Positions 9,151-18,173 of a DNA stretch of 64,000 nt are shown here, in pieces (position 1 is the stretch's first letter; the number at the start of each line of letters is the position of its first letter). This DNA comes from an uncultured Candidatus Rokubacteria bacterium (GTDB taxonomy: Bacteria; Methylomirabilota; Methylomirabilia; Rokubacteriales; CSP1-6): NCBI GenBank assembly GCA_963771355.1, contig CAVYTA010000006.1, positions 1,920,001 to 1,984,000 of the forward strand. Direction: 5' to 3'. Below the pieces are notes generated by a model. That model was not told the origin of the DNA and did no database searches. It worked only from the letters and a program-made list of their open reading frames with translations. A program made the translations under genes and the position numbers.

Positions 9151-10539
9151 ATGATCTTCCCCTGGCGTGGGCTCGCCGCGGGCCTCGCCTTCCTGACCTT
9201 GGCCGGGTGTGCCGGCTCCCAGGTCGCCGCGCCCCCCACCATCGCCCAGGGACCTCCCGTCGCCTCGGCCCCCGCCGCCGCCGCACCGGAGGAGCTCCCC
9301 CCACCTACGCGGACGGTGCTGCCCAACGGGATGCGCCTCATCGTCCAGGATCACCGCGCTTCCGACATCGTCGCCGTCTATCTCTGGGTGGGCGTGGGGG
9401 TGCGCCATGAGCCGCCGGATCAGCTCGGCTACGCCCACTTCCAGGAGCACATGCTCTTCAAGGGCACCGACAAGTGGGGGCCGGGCTACGTGGACCGGGC
9501 GGTGGAAGGGGTGGGCGGGAAGTCGAACGCGGTGACGTCCTTCGACTACACCACCTTCTACATCGTGGTGCCGCGCGAGTCCACCGACCTCGCCATCGAG
9601 CTGCTGCACGACATGGCCTTCCGCTCGAGCTTCATCCCCGAGGAGATCGGGCGGGAGCGCGAGGTGATCTTCGAGGAGGCCCGCATCGAGGCGGACAACC
9701 CGCGCACCGCGATCGTCCGCCAGCTCTACGGGATGGTCTTCGAGGGCAACCCCTACGGCCGGCCCGTGCTGGGCGTTCCCGAGACCATGAATGCCGCCAC
9801 CCAGGCGCGGCTGCGCGATTTCAACCGGCACTACTACACGCCGTCGAACATGGCGCTGGTGGTGGCGGGCCCGGTGGACGCGCGCGCGGTGCGCGCCGCG
9901 GTGGACCGGACCTTCGGCCAGGTGCCCCGCCGCCCCTATACCAGCGCGCCCGCGCCCGCCCCGCGCCCCCTCTCCGGCGTGGTGCGGAAGGATGTCGAGC
10001 GGCCCGAGCAACAGGCGCTGCTCGCGCTGGGGTGGCCGGCGCCGCGCGCCGATGACCCCGACGGCTTTGCGGTGGATCTCCTGGCCTCCATCCTCGCCGG
10101 CACCGAGTCGAGCCGGCTCGCCCGCCGGCTCCGCGACGAGGAGCGCCTCGTCACCGGCGTCACCATGAGCTACGCCGCGCTGATGGGCGGCGGCATCGTC
10201 TCGCTGCGCGCCGAGCTGGAGGCCAAGGATCTCGCGCGCGTGGAGCAGATCATCCTGGAGGAGCTGGCGAAGATCCAGGAGAGTGGCCCCACCGAGGACG
10301 AGCGGCAGCTTGCGGTGACCAAGTTCGAGTCCGAGCACGCCTTTGCGGTGGAGACGTCCGAGGGACTCGCCTATGCCTACGGCATCGCCGAGACCACCTG
10401 GACCCTCGAGGAGGAGCTCCGCTACGTGAACCGTCTCCGCCAGGTGACCCGGGAGCAGATCCGCGACGCGGCCCGGCGCTTCCTCACCCGCGCCGCCTAC
10501 GCGCGCCTGGCCTTCCTGCCGAGGGCGGGGACGAGGTAG
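9151..10539 (+). CDS. M16 zinc metallopeptidase (pitrilysin family), catalytic subunit, lipoprotein
   Basis: Lipobox LAGC; inverted zinc motif HFQEHMLFKGT; LPNG strand; YYTPSNM. Confidence 0.9.
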   Translation: MIFPWRGLAAGLAFLTLAGCAGSQVAAPPTIAQGPPVASAPAAAAPEELPPPTRTVLPNGMRLIVQDHRASDIVAVYLWVGVGVRHEPPDQLGYAHFQEHMLFKGTDKWGPGYVDRAVEGVGGKSNAVTSFDYTTFYIVVPRESTDLAIELLHDMAFRSSFIPEEIGREREVIFEEARIEADNPRTAIVRQLYGMVFEGNPYGRPVLGVPETMNAATQARLRDFNRHYYTPSNMALVVAGPVDARAVRAAVDRTFGQVPRRPYTSAPAPAPRPLSGVVRKDVERPEQQALLALGWPAPRADDPDGFAVDLLASILAGTESSRLARRLRDEERLVTGVTMSYAALMGGGIVSLRAELEAKDLARVEQIILEELAKIQESGPTEDERQLAVTKFESEHAFAVETSEGLAYAYGIAETTWTLEEELRYVNRLRQVTREQIRDAARRFLTRAAYARLAFLPRAGTR

Positions 10540-10544
10540 AAGCC

Positions 10545-11852
10545 ATGCGACGCCGCCACTTCCTCGCCCTCGGGCTCACCGGTCTCGCCGCCGCGGGCGT
10601 CAACCCCGGCCGGGCGTGGGCGCAGGCGGTGACGCGGACCAAGCTGCCCAACGGCTTCACCCTGCTGGTGCGTGAGAATCCCACCGCGCCGGTGGTCGGC
10701 CTGTCCCTCATCGTGCGCGTGGGCACCCGCTGGGAGACGCGCGACGACGCGGGGATCTCCAACCTGCTCCAGTTCATGGTGGTCCGCGGCACGGAGAAGC
10801 TGGACGGCTCCCAGATCGTGGCGGCCGCCGACCGGATGGGGGGGAGCATCGACGCGTGGGGCGATGTGGATGCCTCCGAGATCAGCGCCACCGCGCTGTC
10901 GCGCCACTCCACCGAGATCCTCGACCTCGTGGCCGACGTGACGCTCACGCCCACCCTGCCGTCCGCCACCACCGAGGCCGTCCGGGATTTCATCCTCAAC
11001 CAGCTCCGGAATCGCGGCGACAAGCCCTACGATGTGGCGGTGGACACCCTGCTCGTGCAGCTCTACGGCGACCATCCGTATGCGTGGAGCCCTCTGGGGC
11101 GGCGCGACAGCGTGGAGCGCATCACCCGGGACGCCATGATTGCGCAGTACCGGCGCCATTACGTCCCGGCGGAGATGTTCCTGGCCGTGAGCGGCCGCGT
11201 GCGGGCCCGCGAGGTGCTGGCGCAGGTGGAGAAGCGCTTCGGGGGCATCCCCGCCGGACCGGCGGTCCCGTTCCGCCCCGTGCCCATTCCCCCGCCCGCC
11301 GTCTCGCGCGAGGCACGGGAGGTGCCGGGCGCCCAGGCTCAGATCCTCGCCGGCGGCCTGGCGCCCAGCATGACGGAGCCCGACTACGCCGCGGTGAAGG
11401 TGCTCGCCTCGGTGCTCGGCGGCGGCATGGCGGGACGCTTCTTCTCCGAGCTACGCGACCAGCAGGGACTCGCCTACACCACCGGCGTCCTCTATCCCAC
11501 GCGCGTGGACCGCGCGTTCATCCAGGCGCAGCTCGGCACCGCGCCCGAGAACGTGGACCGCGCCGAGGCCGCCCTGGGGGAGCAGCTCACACGCATCCGG
11601 CGGGAGCCCGTCTCCGCGGAGGAGCTGCGCGTGGCCAAGGCCTATCTCCTGGGCAACCTCGCCATGGACCGGCGCACCAATGCGCGCCAGGCCTGGTATC
11701 TCGCCAGCTATGAGGCGGCGGGAGTGGGGCACGAGTTCCTCGATCGCTACATCGCCGCGGTGAAAGCGGTGACCGCCGCCGACGTGCAGCGCGTGGCCGG
11801 CCTCTACCTCGGCACCCTCCGTACGGTGGTGGTCCGCCCACCCCGGCCGTAG
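10545..11852 (+). CDS. M16 peptidase family non-catalytic partner subunit, Tat signal
   Basis: MRRRHFL Tat motif and AWA site; HxxEH replaced by NLLQF; glycine-rich LGGGMAGRFFSELRDQQGLAY with the R/Y pair. Confidence 0.88.
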   Translation: MRRRHFLALGLTGLAAAGVNPGRAWAQAVTRTKLPNGFTLLVRENPTAPVVGLSLIVRVGTRWETRDDAGISNLLQFMVVRGTEKLDGSQIVAAADRMGGSIDAWGDVDASEISATALSRHSTEILDLVADVTLTPTLPSATTEAVRDFILNQLRNRGDKPYDVAVDTLLVQLYGDHPYAWSPLGRRDSVERITRDAMIAQYRRHYVPAEMFLAVSGRVRAREVLAQVEKRFGGIPAGPAVPFRPVPIPPPAVSREAREVPGAQAQILAGGLAPSMTEPDYAAVKVLASVLGGGMAGRFFSELRDQQGLAYTTGVLYPTRVDRAFIQAQLGTAPENVDRAEAALGEQLTRIRREPVSAEELRVAKAYLLGNLAMDRRTNARQAWYLASYEAAGVGHEFLDRYIAAVKAVTAADVQRVAGLYLGTLRTVVVRPPRP

Positions 11853-11886
11853 GGCGTCATCTCCGGAACCGGACCGGGCGAGCCTC

Positions 11887-11910
11887 GACCGGGCATGGCA
11901 ATGCCTGGTC
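11887..11910. terminator. Hairpin between convergent genes
   Basis: gaccgggcat-GGCA-atgcctggtc, 10-bp stem with a GNRA loop. Confidence 0.45.
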
Positions 11911-11915
11911 CTGGA

Positions 11916-12623
11916 TCAGCGCGACGGCTCGAGGATCTCCGTGAATGTACGGAGGACGCGGTCGGGTCGCACCAAGCTCCCCGCAGGTAGCCCCTGGGCC
12001 GGCGCATCGATCCACGCGGCTCGGAGTCCGAGCCGCTGCGGCGCCGCCACGTCCCACTCGAGGTTGTCTCCCACCATCCACGCCTGGCGAGGCGAGACGG
12101 CGAGCGCGCCCAGCGCGTGGCGATACACCGACTCGTCCGGCTTGCCCACTCCGAACTCGCCCTCGATCACGATGACGTCGAAGAACCGGGCGAGATCGTG
12201 CATCTCGATCTTGCGCCGCTGATGGGTCTTGTCGCCATTCGTGACCAGCGCCAGCGGCATACCCTGCTCGCGGAGCCGGGTCAGCGTCTCGCGCGCGCCG
12301 GGATAGAGATCCATCCGCCGCCAGCGATTGGCCGCGAACGCCTCGGCCACCTCCGCGGCCAGCCGCTCGCTGGGTCGCCCCATGCCCTCGAGGGCATGCG
12401 CCACGATCTGCCGCCAGGCGCCGTCCATGTCGGTGCGCTCGCGGGCGTGTCGCACCGGATCGTCCCAGAACCAGCGCCGCGAGCGCGCCAGCGCGGGCAT
12501 GAGAAGGGCCACGTCGATGCCCGCGGGCCCCGCCGCGCTGTGGCAGGCGCGCTCCCAGCAGTCGTCCACCCCGCCCGAGTAGTCGAGGAGCGTGTCGTCG
12601 AGGTCGACGAGGAGCGCCTTCAT
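11916..12623 (-). CDS. HAD-family hydrolase (YjjG-like nucleotidase/phosphatase)
   Basis: MKALLVDLDDTL, LVTNG, GKPD, MVGDNLEWDV; ATGA overlap with the nuclease gene. Confidence 0.88.
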   Translation of the reverse strand: MKALLVDLDDTLLDYSGGVDDCWERACHSAAGPAGIDVALLMPALARSRRWFWDDPVRHARERTDMDGAWRQIVAHALEGMGRPSERLAAEVAEAFAANRWRRMDLYPGARETLTRLREQGMPLALVTNGDKTHQRRKIEMHDLARFFDVIVIEGEFGVGKPDESVYRHALGALAVSPRQAWMVGDNLEWDVAAPQRLGLRAAWIDAPAQGLPAGSLVRPDRVLRTFTEILEPSR

Positions 12624-13579
12624 TGACCCTCGAGGAGGAGGGGCACTTCGGGGGTCGCCGGCGTGAAGGGCGCCATCTCCGGACGGCACACGCCCCGGAA
12701 ATTGCACCAGCGGCAGATGCGCTGATCCTCCGCCTTCTCGAAGTCCGCCTCCTCGGCGAGGTTCCGGAGGGGATCCTTGAGATAGGCGCGCATGGAGCGC
12801 ACGGAGAGCCGGATGTGATCCCGCACGCGGTCGAGATCCAGCGAGCCCCAGGGATGCGTGGTCACCTTCCCCTCGCGGAGATTGACCTCGAGGAGATCCA
12901 CGCGGTCCGGGTCCACCCCCATGGTCTCGCGCGCGTAGAGCGCGTAGCCCCCGAGCTGGAGCGAGGCGTCCGCGCCGGCGCCCCCCGTCTTCCAGTCCAC
13001 CAGCTGCAGTCGATCGGCCGCGTTCCAGTAGCCGAAGTCCGGCGCGGCGAAGACCCTGGTGCCCTCGAACTGGAAGGAGCCGATGTCCTCGATGAGCACC
13101 CAGCGCTCGGTGGGCGTGGCCTTGATGTCGGCGAAGAGCGGGAGCCGGTAGAAATTCCGGAGGCAGCGGATCACGTTGTCGCGCATGGCCTGCCACTCCG
13201 AATCGCGGACGGGGGCCAGATACTCGTGCTCGAAGAGGCCCGTCCGCTTGGGATGCTCGCGATAGATGCCGTCCCGCGAGCCCTTCCACTCCTCGCGCAT
13301 CTGCCGCACCGTGCTCTCGATCAGCGACGCCTCGGACAGGGAGTAGCCGTCCCGGAGCGACAGGAGCGCGCGCTCGACCGACTCGTGGACGAGACGCCCC
13401 GCCCACATCTGACGGGTGGCCAGCTGCTTGAGCACGTAGAGCAGCCGCGCCCGCGGATCGCCCTCCGCCTGCCAGCCGCCCCAGGACCCGTAGTAGTGGA
13501 GGTAGTAGCGGCGGCGGCACTCCTGGAAGACATTGTCCCGGCTGCGGGACCACGAAAAGTCATTGGTAAGATCGGCCAC
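12620..13579 (-). CDS. PD-(D/E)XK nuclease, RecB/Cas4-like, with four-cysteine Fe-S motif
   Basis: FQECRRRYY N-terminal Cys; PDF...LVDWKTG...QLGGYALY; C-terminal CRWCNFRGVC. Confidence 0.85.
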   Translation of the reverse strand: MADLTNDFSWSRSRDNVFQECRRRYYLHYYGSWGGWQAEGDPRARLLYVLKQLATRQMWAGRLVHESVERALLSLRDGYSLSEASLIESTVRQMREEWKGSRDGIYREHPKRTGLFEHEYLAPVRDSEWQAMRDNVIRCLRNFYRLPLFADIKATPTERWVLIEDIGSFQFEGTRVFAAPDFGYWNAADRLQLVDWKTGGAGADASLQLGGYALYARETMGVDPDRVDLLEVNLREGKVTTHPWGSLDLDRVRDHIRLSVRSMRAYLKDPLRNLAEEADFEKAEDQRICRWCNFRGVCRPEMAPFTPATPEVPLLLEGQ

Positions 13580-13714
13580 GAGCACAGGATAGCAGGCGGG
13601 GCGGCCAGAGGGCACGGTCTCGGGGACCGGGCGCTCCGCCCGACCGGCGACGGGAAGCCCGAGGGCCAAGAGCCTGGGATCACGAAAGCTCGCGATAATT
13701 CACGAGATGGCGGT

Positions 13715-13729
13715 TGGCACGTTCCCTGC
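13715..13729 (+). promoter_or_regulatory. Sigma54 (-24/-12) promoter candidate
   Basis: TGGCACG-TTCC-CTGC versus consensus TGGCACG-N4-TTGC, exact GG/GC spacing. Confidence 0.6.
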
Positions 13730-13793
13730 GAGGGTAGCGGCCCAGTTGCACCGCGCCGCAAGTCGCGCCGCGATGCCCACAAAGGGAGGCCGT

Positions 13794-13940
13794 ATGAAGA
13801 CTCGCCGACTCGCCCTCGCCGCCATGCTCTTCCTGCTCGTCAACGCCCCCTACGCTGAGCCGCAGGGCAACGCTCAGCCGGGGGAACACCTGGGCGCGCT
13901 GCTCTGCGAGACCTCGTGCTCGGCCGGTGCCCAGCCCTAG
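13794..13940 (+). CDS. Small secreted hypothetical peptide (48 aa)
   Basis: Strong RBS AAGGGAGG; MKTRRLALAAMLFLLVNAPYA signal-like N-terminus; C-terminal CETSC. Confidence 0.55.
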   Translation: MKTRRLALAAMLFLLVNAPYAEPQGNAQPGEHLGALLCETSCSAGAQP

Positions 13941-14013
13941 CTCGGCCCGCCCCGAGGTGAAGCGGGCGCGCCCTGCGCTCGCGAACTAGCGAGAAGAGTC
14001 CCGCCTCCTCACG

Positions 14014-14046
14014 CTGCCGTCTCTCCCCCGCGGGGAGAGACGGCAG
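14014..14046. repeat. 15-bp inverted repeat with CTCTCCCC..GGGGAGAG core (REP-like)
   Basis: ctgccgtctctcccc-cgc-ggggagagacggcag; related copy at 58546-58565. Confidence 0.75.
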
Positions 14047-14156
14047 TGCTGTCAGCGCTCGCTCCACCATGGTACCCTCCGCCCGACGCCCGCCGCGGGC
14101 TCGTACACGCGAACCCAAAGCCTGAGCCTCACACCACACAGAGGAGGAGCGTGCCG

Positions 14157-15047
14157 ATGTGCCAGATCGTTTCCGAGTACCGGAATCGCCGCGTCGCATC
14201 GCCCGAAGAGCGCATGGCCGGCCTGGGCCGGCGCGACTTCCTCAAGCTCGCCGGGACGGCGGCGGTCACCTTGGCCGCGGGGCCCGCGTGGGCGCAGACC
14301 GCCAAGGTCGAGGTACACTGGCTCGGTCAGGCCGCGACCAAGCTCACCACGCTCACCGGCAAGACGCTCGTCATCGATCCCTTCCTCGTCAACAATCCGA
14401 AGACCCCGCCCCAGTGGAAGAACCTCGACGCGCTGGGCAAGGTCGACGTCATTCTCATCACCCACGGCCATGGGGATCACGTGGGGGATGTCGCCGAGCT
14501 GGCCAAGCGCACGGATGCCACCGTGATGGGCCCCGCCGGCTTGATGGCCACCATCGTGGATCTCGGCTGGGTGCCGGGCGAGAAGGTGGTCCGCTTCGGC
14601 AAGGGCGGCAAGGTCAACCCACTCGGCCCCCAGATCACCATCACCCAGGTGCGCGCCGAGCACTCCTCCGAGGTCACCGTCACCGACCCCACCACGAAGA
14701 AGAGCACGACCTATCCCGGCGGCGAGCCTTGCGGCTTCATCATCGAGTTCGAGAACGGCTTCAAGCTCTACCACATGGGCGACACCGGGCTCTTCGGGGA
14801 CATGCGCCTCATCGGCGAGTACTACAAGCCCGACCTCATCATGGTGCCCATCGGCGGGCACTTCGTCATGGACCCACGGGATGCCGCCTATGCCACGCGC
14901 GAGATGCTCAAGCCGCGCTTCGCCATCCCGTTCCACTACGGCACATTCCCGGTCCTCAAGGGGACGCCGCAGGAGTATCAGGCCGCACTCGGCGCCGCCA
15001 CCACCCAGGTGTTCCCTATCAGCCCCGGCGACAAGCTGACGTTCTAG
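14157..15047 (+). CDS. Metal-dependent hydrolase, metallo-beta-lactamase fold (UPF0173/UlaG-like), Tat-exported
   Basis: GRRDFLK Tat motif and AWA site; ITHGHGDH; YHMGDTGLFGDM; PFHYGTFP. Confidence 0.88.
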   Translation: MCQIVSEYRNRRVASPEERMAGLGRRDFLKLAGTAAVTLAAGPAWAQTAKVEVHWLGQAATKLTTLTGKTLVIDPFLVNNPKTPPQWKNLDALGKVDVILITHGHGDHVGDVAELAKRTDATVMGPAGLMATIVDLGWVPGEKVVRFGKGGKVNPLGPQITITQVRAEHSSEVTVTDPTTKKSTTYPGGEPCGFIIEFENGFKLYHMGDTGLFGDMRLIGEYYKPDLIMVPIGGHFVMDPRDAAYATREMLKPRFAIPFHYGTFPVLKGTPQEYQAALGAATTQVFPISPGDKLTF

Positions 15048-15049
15048 TC

Positions 15050-15089
15050 GGCCGACGAGAAGGGCCCATCTGGACCCTTCTCGTCGGCC
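15050..15089. terminator. Long hairpin between convergent genes (candidate bidirectional terminator)
   Basis: ggccgacgagaaggg(15050-15064)/cccttctcgtcggcc(15075-15089), perfect 15-bp stem. Confidence 0.7.
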
Positions 15090-15093
15090 TCCG

Positions 15094-16290
15094 CTACGAC
15101 GCACGGAGCGCTAGAGTGACGGGGAGGCGTGCTGCCCGGATCGCGGGCGGCACGCCGCCCACCGCGCCGATGATAAGCGCCCAGAGCAGCCCCTTCCCCA
15201 GGAGGGCCCAGGTCACGCGGAAGTCGAAGGCGACCTGGGAGAAGGTGTCGAAGTTGAGCGTGGACAGCGAGGCGCCGTCGCAGTAGAGATAGGCGAGCCC
15301 GCCCCCCAGCGCCCCCCCTATCGCGGCCAGGACCAGCGCCTCGATCAGCACCGATACCACCACGGGCGTGCTCCCGAAGCCGATCGCGCGCAGGGTGGCA
15401 ATCTCCACCTGCCGGCTGGCGATGGCCGAGTACATGCAGTTGAGCGCCCCGAAGGTGGCGCCCACGGCCATGAACGCGGCCACCGTGTAGCCCAGCACGT
15501 TGATCAGGGTCGCGAGCACCTTGGACTGCTTGGCGTAGTACTCGGGCTCGCGCCAGACGCGGACGGAGAAGCGCGGGTCGCGCTTCACCGCGGCGGTGAG
15601 GCCGGCCAGGCCGACGTCCGATCCGTCGACGAGCCGCGCGGTGAGGGACTGGAATCCCTGCCGCCGGAATGCCGACATCGCCACCTCGGCGTCCGCCCAG
15701 ATCTCGGACTCGTGCACGTCGCCTCCGCTCGAAAAGATGCCGACCACCGTCCAATCGCTGTCGCGAAAGGCGATGCGCGACCCGACGCCCAGGCCCTCGA
15801 ACTGCTGGGCCGCCCGCCGGCCCACGATGACTTCGCGGACACCCCGCGCGAAGCGGCGGCCCTCCACCAGGGCCAGCTCGTCGCGAATGGCGAAGGCGGC
15901 CGGCTGCACGCCCCGGAACGGCACATTGTTGGGGTCGGTCTGCCCCCGGCGCGGCAGATCCACCATCACCACCAGCTCGGCGGAGGCCAGCGGCCGCCCC
16001 TCCCCGTCTCGCGCGATGGCAGGCAGGCTCCCCAGCAGCACCGTCTGGTCGCGCGCCACGCCGCTGGACATCTCCGCGTCGGAGCCGGCCCGCAGCATGA
16101 TCACGCGGTCCTCGCGCCCCGTGCTGGCCAGCGTGTGGCGGAATCCCTCGGCCATGGAGAGCACGGACACCAGCACGCCCGCCACCCCCGCGATGCCGAT
16201 GATGACGACCAGGGACGTGCCGAGGCGCTGGGGAAGGTTGCGCAGGTTGACGAGGGTGATCTGCGCGATCTGCCGCAGCGTGCGCATCAT
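15094..16290 (-). CDS. MacB/FtsX-family ABC exporter permease
   Basis: N-terminal TM, periplasmic domain, R..EIATLRAIGF FtsX motif. Confidence 0.88.
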   Translation of the reverse strand: MMRTLRQIAQITLVNLRNLPQRLGTSLVVIIGIAGVAGVLVSVLSMAEGFRHTLASTGREDRVIMLRAGSDAEMSSGVARDQTVLLGSLPAIARDGEGRPLASAELVVMVDLPRRGQTDPNNVPFRGVQPAAFAIRDELALVEGRRFARGVREVIVGRRAAQQFEGLGVGSRIAFRDSDWTVVGIFSSGGDVHESEIWADAEVAMSAFRRQGFQSLTARLVDGSDVGLAGLTAAVKRDPRFSVRVWREPEYYAKQSKVLATLINVLGYTVAAFMAVGATFGALNCMYSAIASRQVEIATLRAIGFGSTPVVVSVLIEALVLAAIGGALGGGLAYLYCDGASLSTLNFDTFSQVAFDFRVTWALLGKGLLWALIIGAVGGVPPAIRAARLPVTLALRAS

Positions 16291-17453
16291 CGATGCCCCG
16301 CGAGGGCGTCCACGATGCGCAGCCGCCGAGCCCGCCAGGCCGGCGGCAGGCCGACCATCAGCGCGAGCGCGGCGGCCACGGCCACCGCCGCGATCCAGGT
16401 GCCGCCCTCCACGAACAGCGGCGGGAAGCGGCCGCCGGTGGAGCCGTTCAGGAACGGGAGCATGCCGACGGCGGCGCCCATGCCCGCCGCGCCGCCGATG
16501 AGCAGCAGCAGCGCCGCCTCCGCCAGCACGAGCCCGGTGACCCGCGCGTCCGAGAAGCCCAGGGTCTTGAGGATGGCCAGCTCGGGAATGCGCTCCCGGA
16601 GCGACTGCGCCATGGTATTGCCGGTGAGGATGACGATGGTGAAGAACACCGCGGCGAGGATGCGCGAGATGAGGGCGCCGATATCGCCGATCTGCTTGGC
16701 GAAGCCGATGGCGAACTCCTTCTCGGGCTGGGTCTTGGTCTCGTCGGGCGAGTTCGCGAACAGCCGGTCGATGCCGGCGGCGATCGCCTTCGCCTGGCCC
16801 GAGTCGGTGATGCGGACGATGTACCAGCCGGTGCGCCCCCGGCCGACCTGGCGCGCCTCGTCGAAGTGCGCGACGTTGATGAGGACCATGTCGGTATTGC
16901 CCTTGACGGCGGGGTCGTCGGCATCGATGACGCCGACGAGATCGAACTCCCAGATCATGTCGCCCCCGACCCGGGGATGGATCTCCGAGGCGATGGGGAG
17001 CTTCTGGCCCACCTTCCAGCCGAAGCGGTCGACGAGCCGGCGGCCCGCGATGGCGCCGGTACGGGTTCGGCCGAACGCCTCCCGCTCCGCGGGCGCGACG
17101 GTGAACTCGGGGTACATGTCGAGGTAGCGGCCGGGATCCACCGCGAACACCGGGAATGCATTGCTCTCGTTCTGGTACTTGGCCCCGAACCATTCCGCGT
17201 GCGCCACCCCCACCACCCCGGCAACCCCCTCGATGCGGCGCAGATAGGAGAGGGGCAAGAGCTCGATGAGGGAGTAGCGCGCGGTGGTCAGGAGGCGCTT
17301 GGCGTCGGCGGTGTCGGCTCCGGACTCGAAGGCCGTCGTCACCGCCTGGAGCAGCCCGAAGAGCATGAAGGCCACCGTCACCGAGGCGAGGGTCAGCACC
17401 GTGCGCGTCTTCTTGCGGAAGAGCCCGGCGAGGAGCAGCGGCAGGAAGCGCAT
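16287..17453 (-). CDS. MacB/FtsX-family ABC exporter permease
   Basis: [25 protein letters not shown] motif. Confidence 0.9.
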   Translation of the reverse strand: MRFLPLLLAGLFRKKTRTVLTLASVTVAFMLFGLLQAVTTAFESGADTADAKRLLTTARYSLIELLPLSYLRRIEGVAGVVGVAHAEWFGAKYQNESNAFPVFAVDPGRYLDMYPEFTVAPAEREAFGRTRTGAIAGRRLVDRFGWKVGQKLPIASEIHPRVGGDMIWEFDLVGVIDADDPAVKGNTDMVLINVAHFDEARQVGRGRTGWYIVRITDSGQAKAIAAGIDRLFANSPDETKTQPEKEFAIGFAKQIGDIGALISRILAAVFFTIVILTGNTMAQSLRERIPELAILKTLGFSDARVTGLVLAEAALLLLIGGAAGMGAAVGMLPFLNGSTGGRFPPLFVEGGTWIAAVAVAAALALMVGLPPAWRARRLRIVDALAGHR

Positions 17454-17459
17454 GGCCGA

Positions 17460-18173
17460 TCAGTCCGCCAGGATGCCCTTGTCCAGGTGGAGCTGGCGCC
17501 GCGCATGGTCGGCGGCCTTGGGATCGTGGGTGACCATGACCACCGTGGTGCCGTGCTCGCGGTTGAGCATCTGGAGCAGCCCCAGCACCTCGTCCGCGGT
17601 CCCTCGGTCGAGGTCGCCGGTGGGCTCGTCGCAGACCAGGAGCACCGGATCGGTGACGATGGCGCGCGCAATGGCGACCCGCTGCTCCTGACCGCCGGAC
17701 AGCTCTCGGGGCTGGTGGCGGGCCCGGTCCTCGAGCCCCACCAGGGCCAGCGCGATCCCGGCCCGGCGCCGCCGCTCCCCGGCCGGGAGATCGGTGAGCA
17801 GCAAGGGCAGCTCCACGTTCTTCTGCGCGGAGAGGACGGGGAGGAGGTTGTAGAACTGGAACACGAAGCCGACATTGGCGGCCCGCCAGCGCGAGAGCTC
17901 GCCGCTCGACAGCTGATCGATGCGGGCGCCGTCCACCGTGATGCGGCCTGCGGTGGGCGAGTCCAGCCCGCCGATGAGGTTGAGGAGCGTGGTCTTGCCC
18001 GACCCGGACGGCCCCATCAGCGCCACGAAATCGCCGCGCGGGATGTCCAGGTCGATGCCATGGAGCACCTCGATGCGCTCGCCGCCGCGCTGATAGTGCT
18101 TGGTGACGCCGCGGATCTCGACGAGCGGCCCGGCCGAGGCGCCGTCCGGGCGGGGAGCGTCCGGCCCGCTCAC
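17460..18173 (-). CDS. ABC ATP-binding protein, LolD/MacB-like
   Basis: [43 protein letters not shown]. Confidence 0.88.
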   Translation of the reverse strand: MSGPDAPRPDGASAGPLVEIRGVTKHYQRGGERIEVLHGIDLDIPRGDFVALMGPSGSGKTTLLNLIGGLDSPTAGRITVDGARIDQLSSGELSRWRAANVGFVFQFYNLLPVLSAQKNVELPLLLTDLPAGERRRRAGIALALVGLEDRARHQPRELSGGQEQRVAIARAIVTDPVLLVCDEPTGDLDRGTADEVLGLLQMLNREHGTTVVMVTHDPKAADHARRQLHLDKGILAD

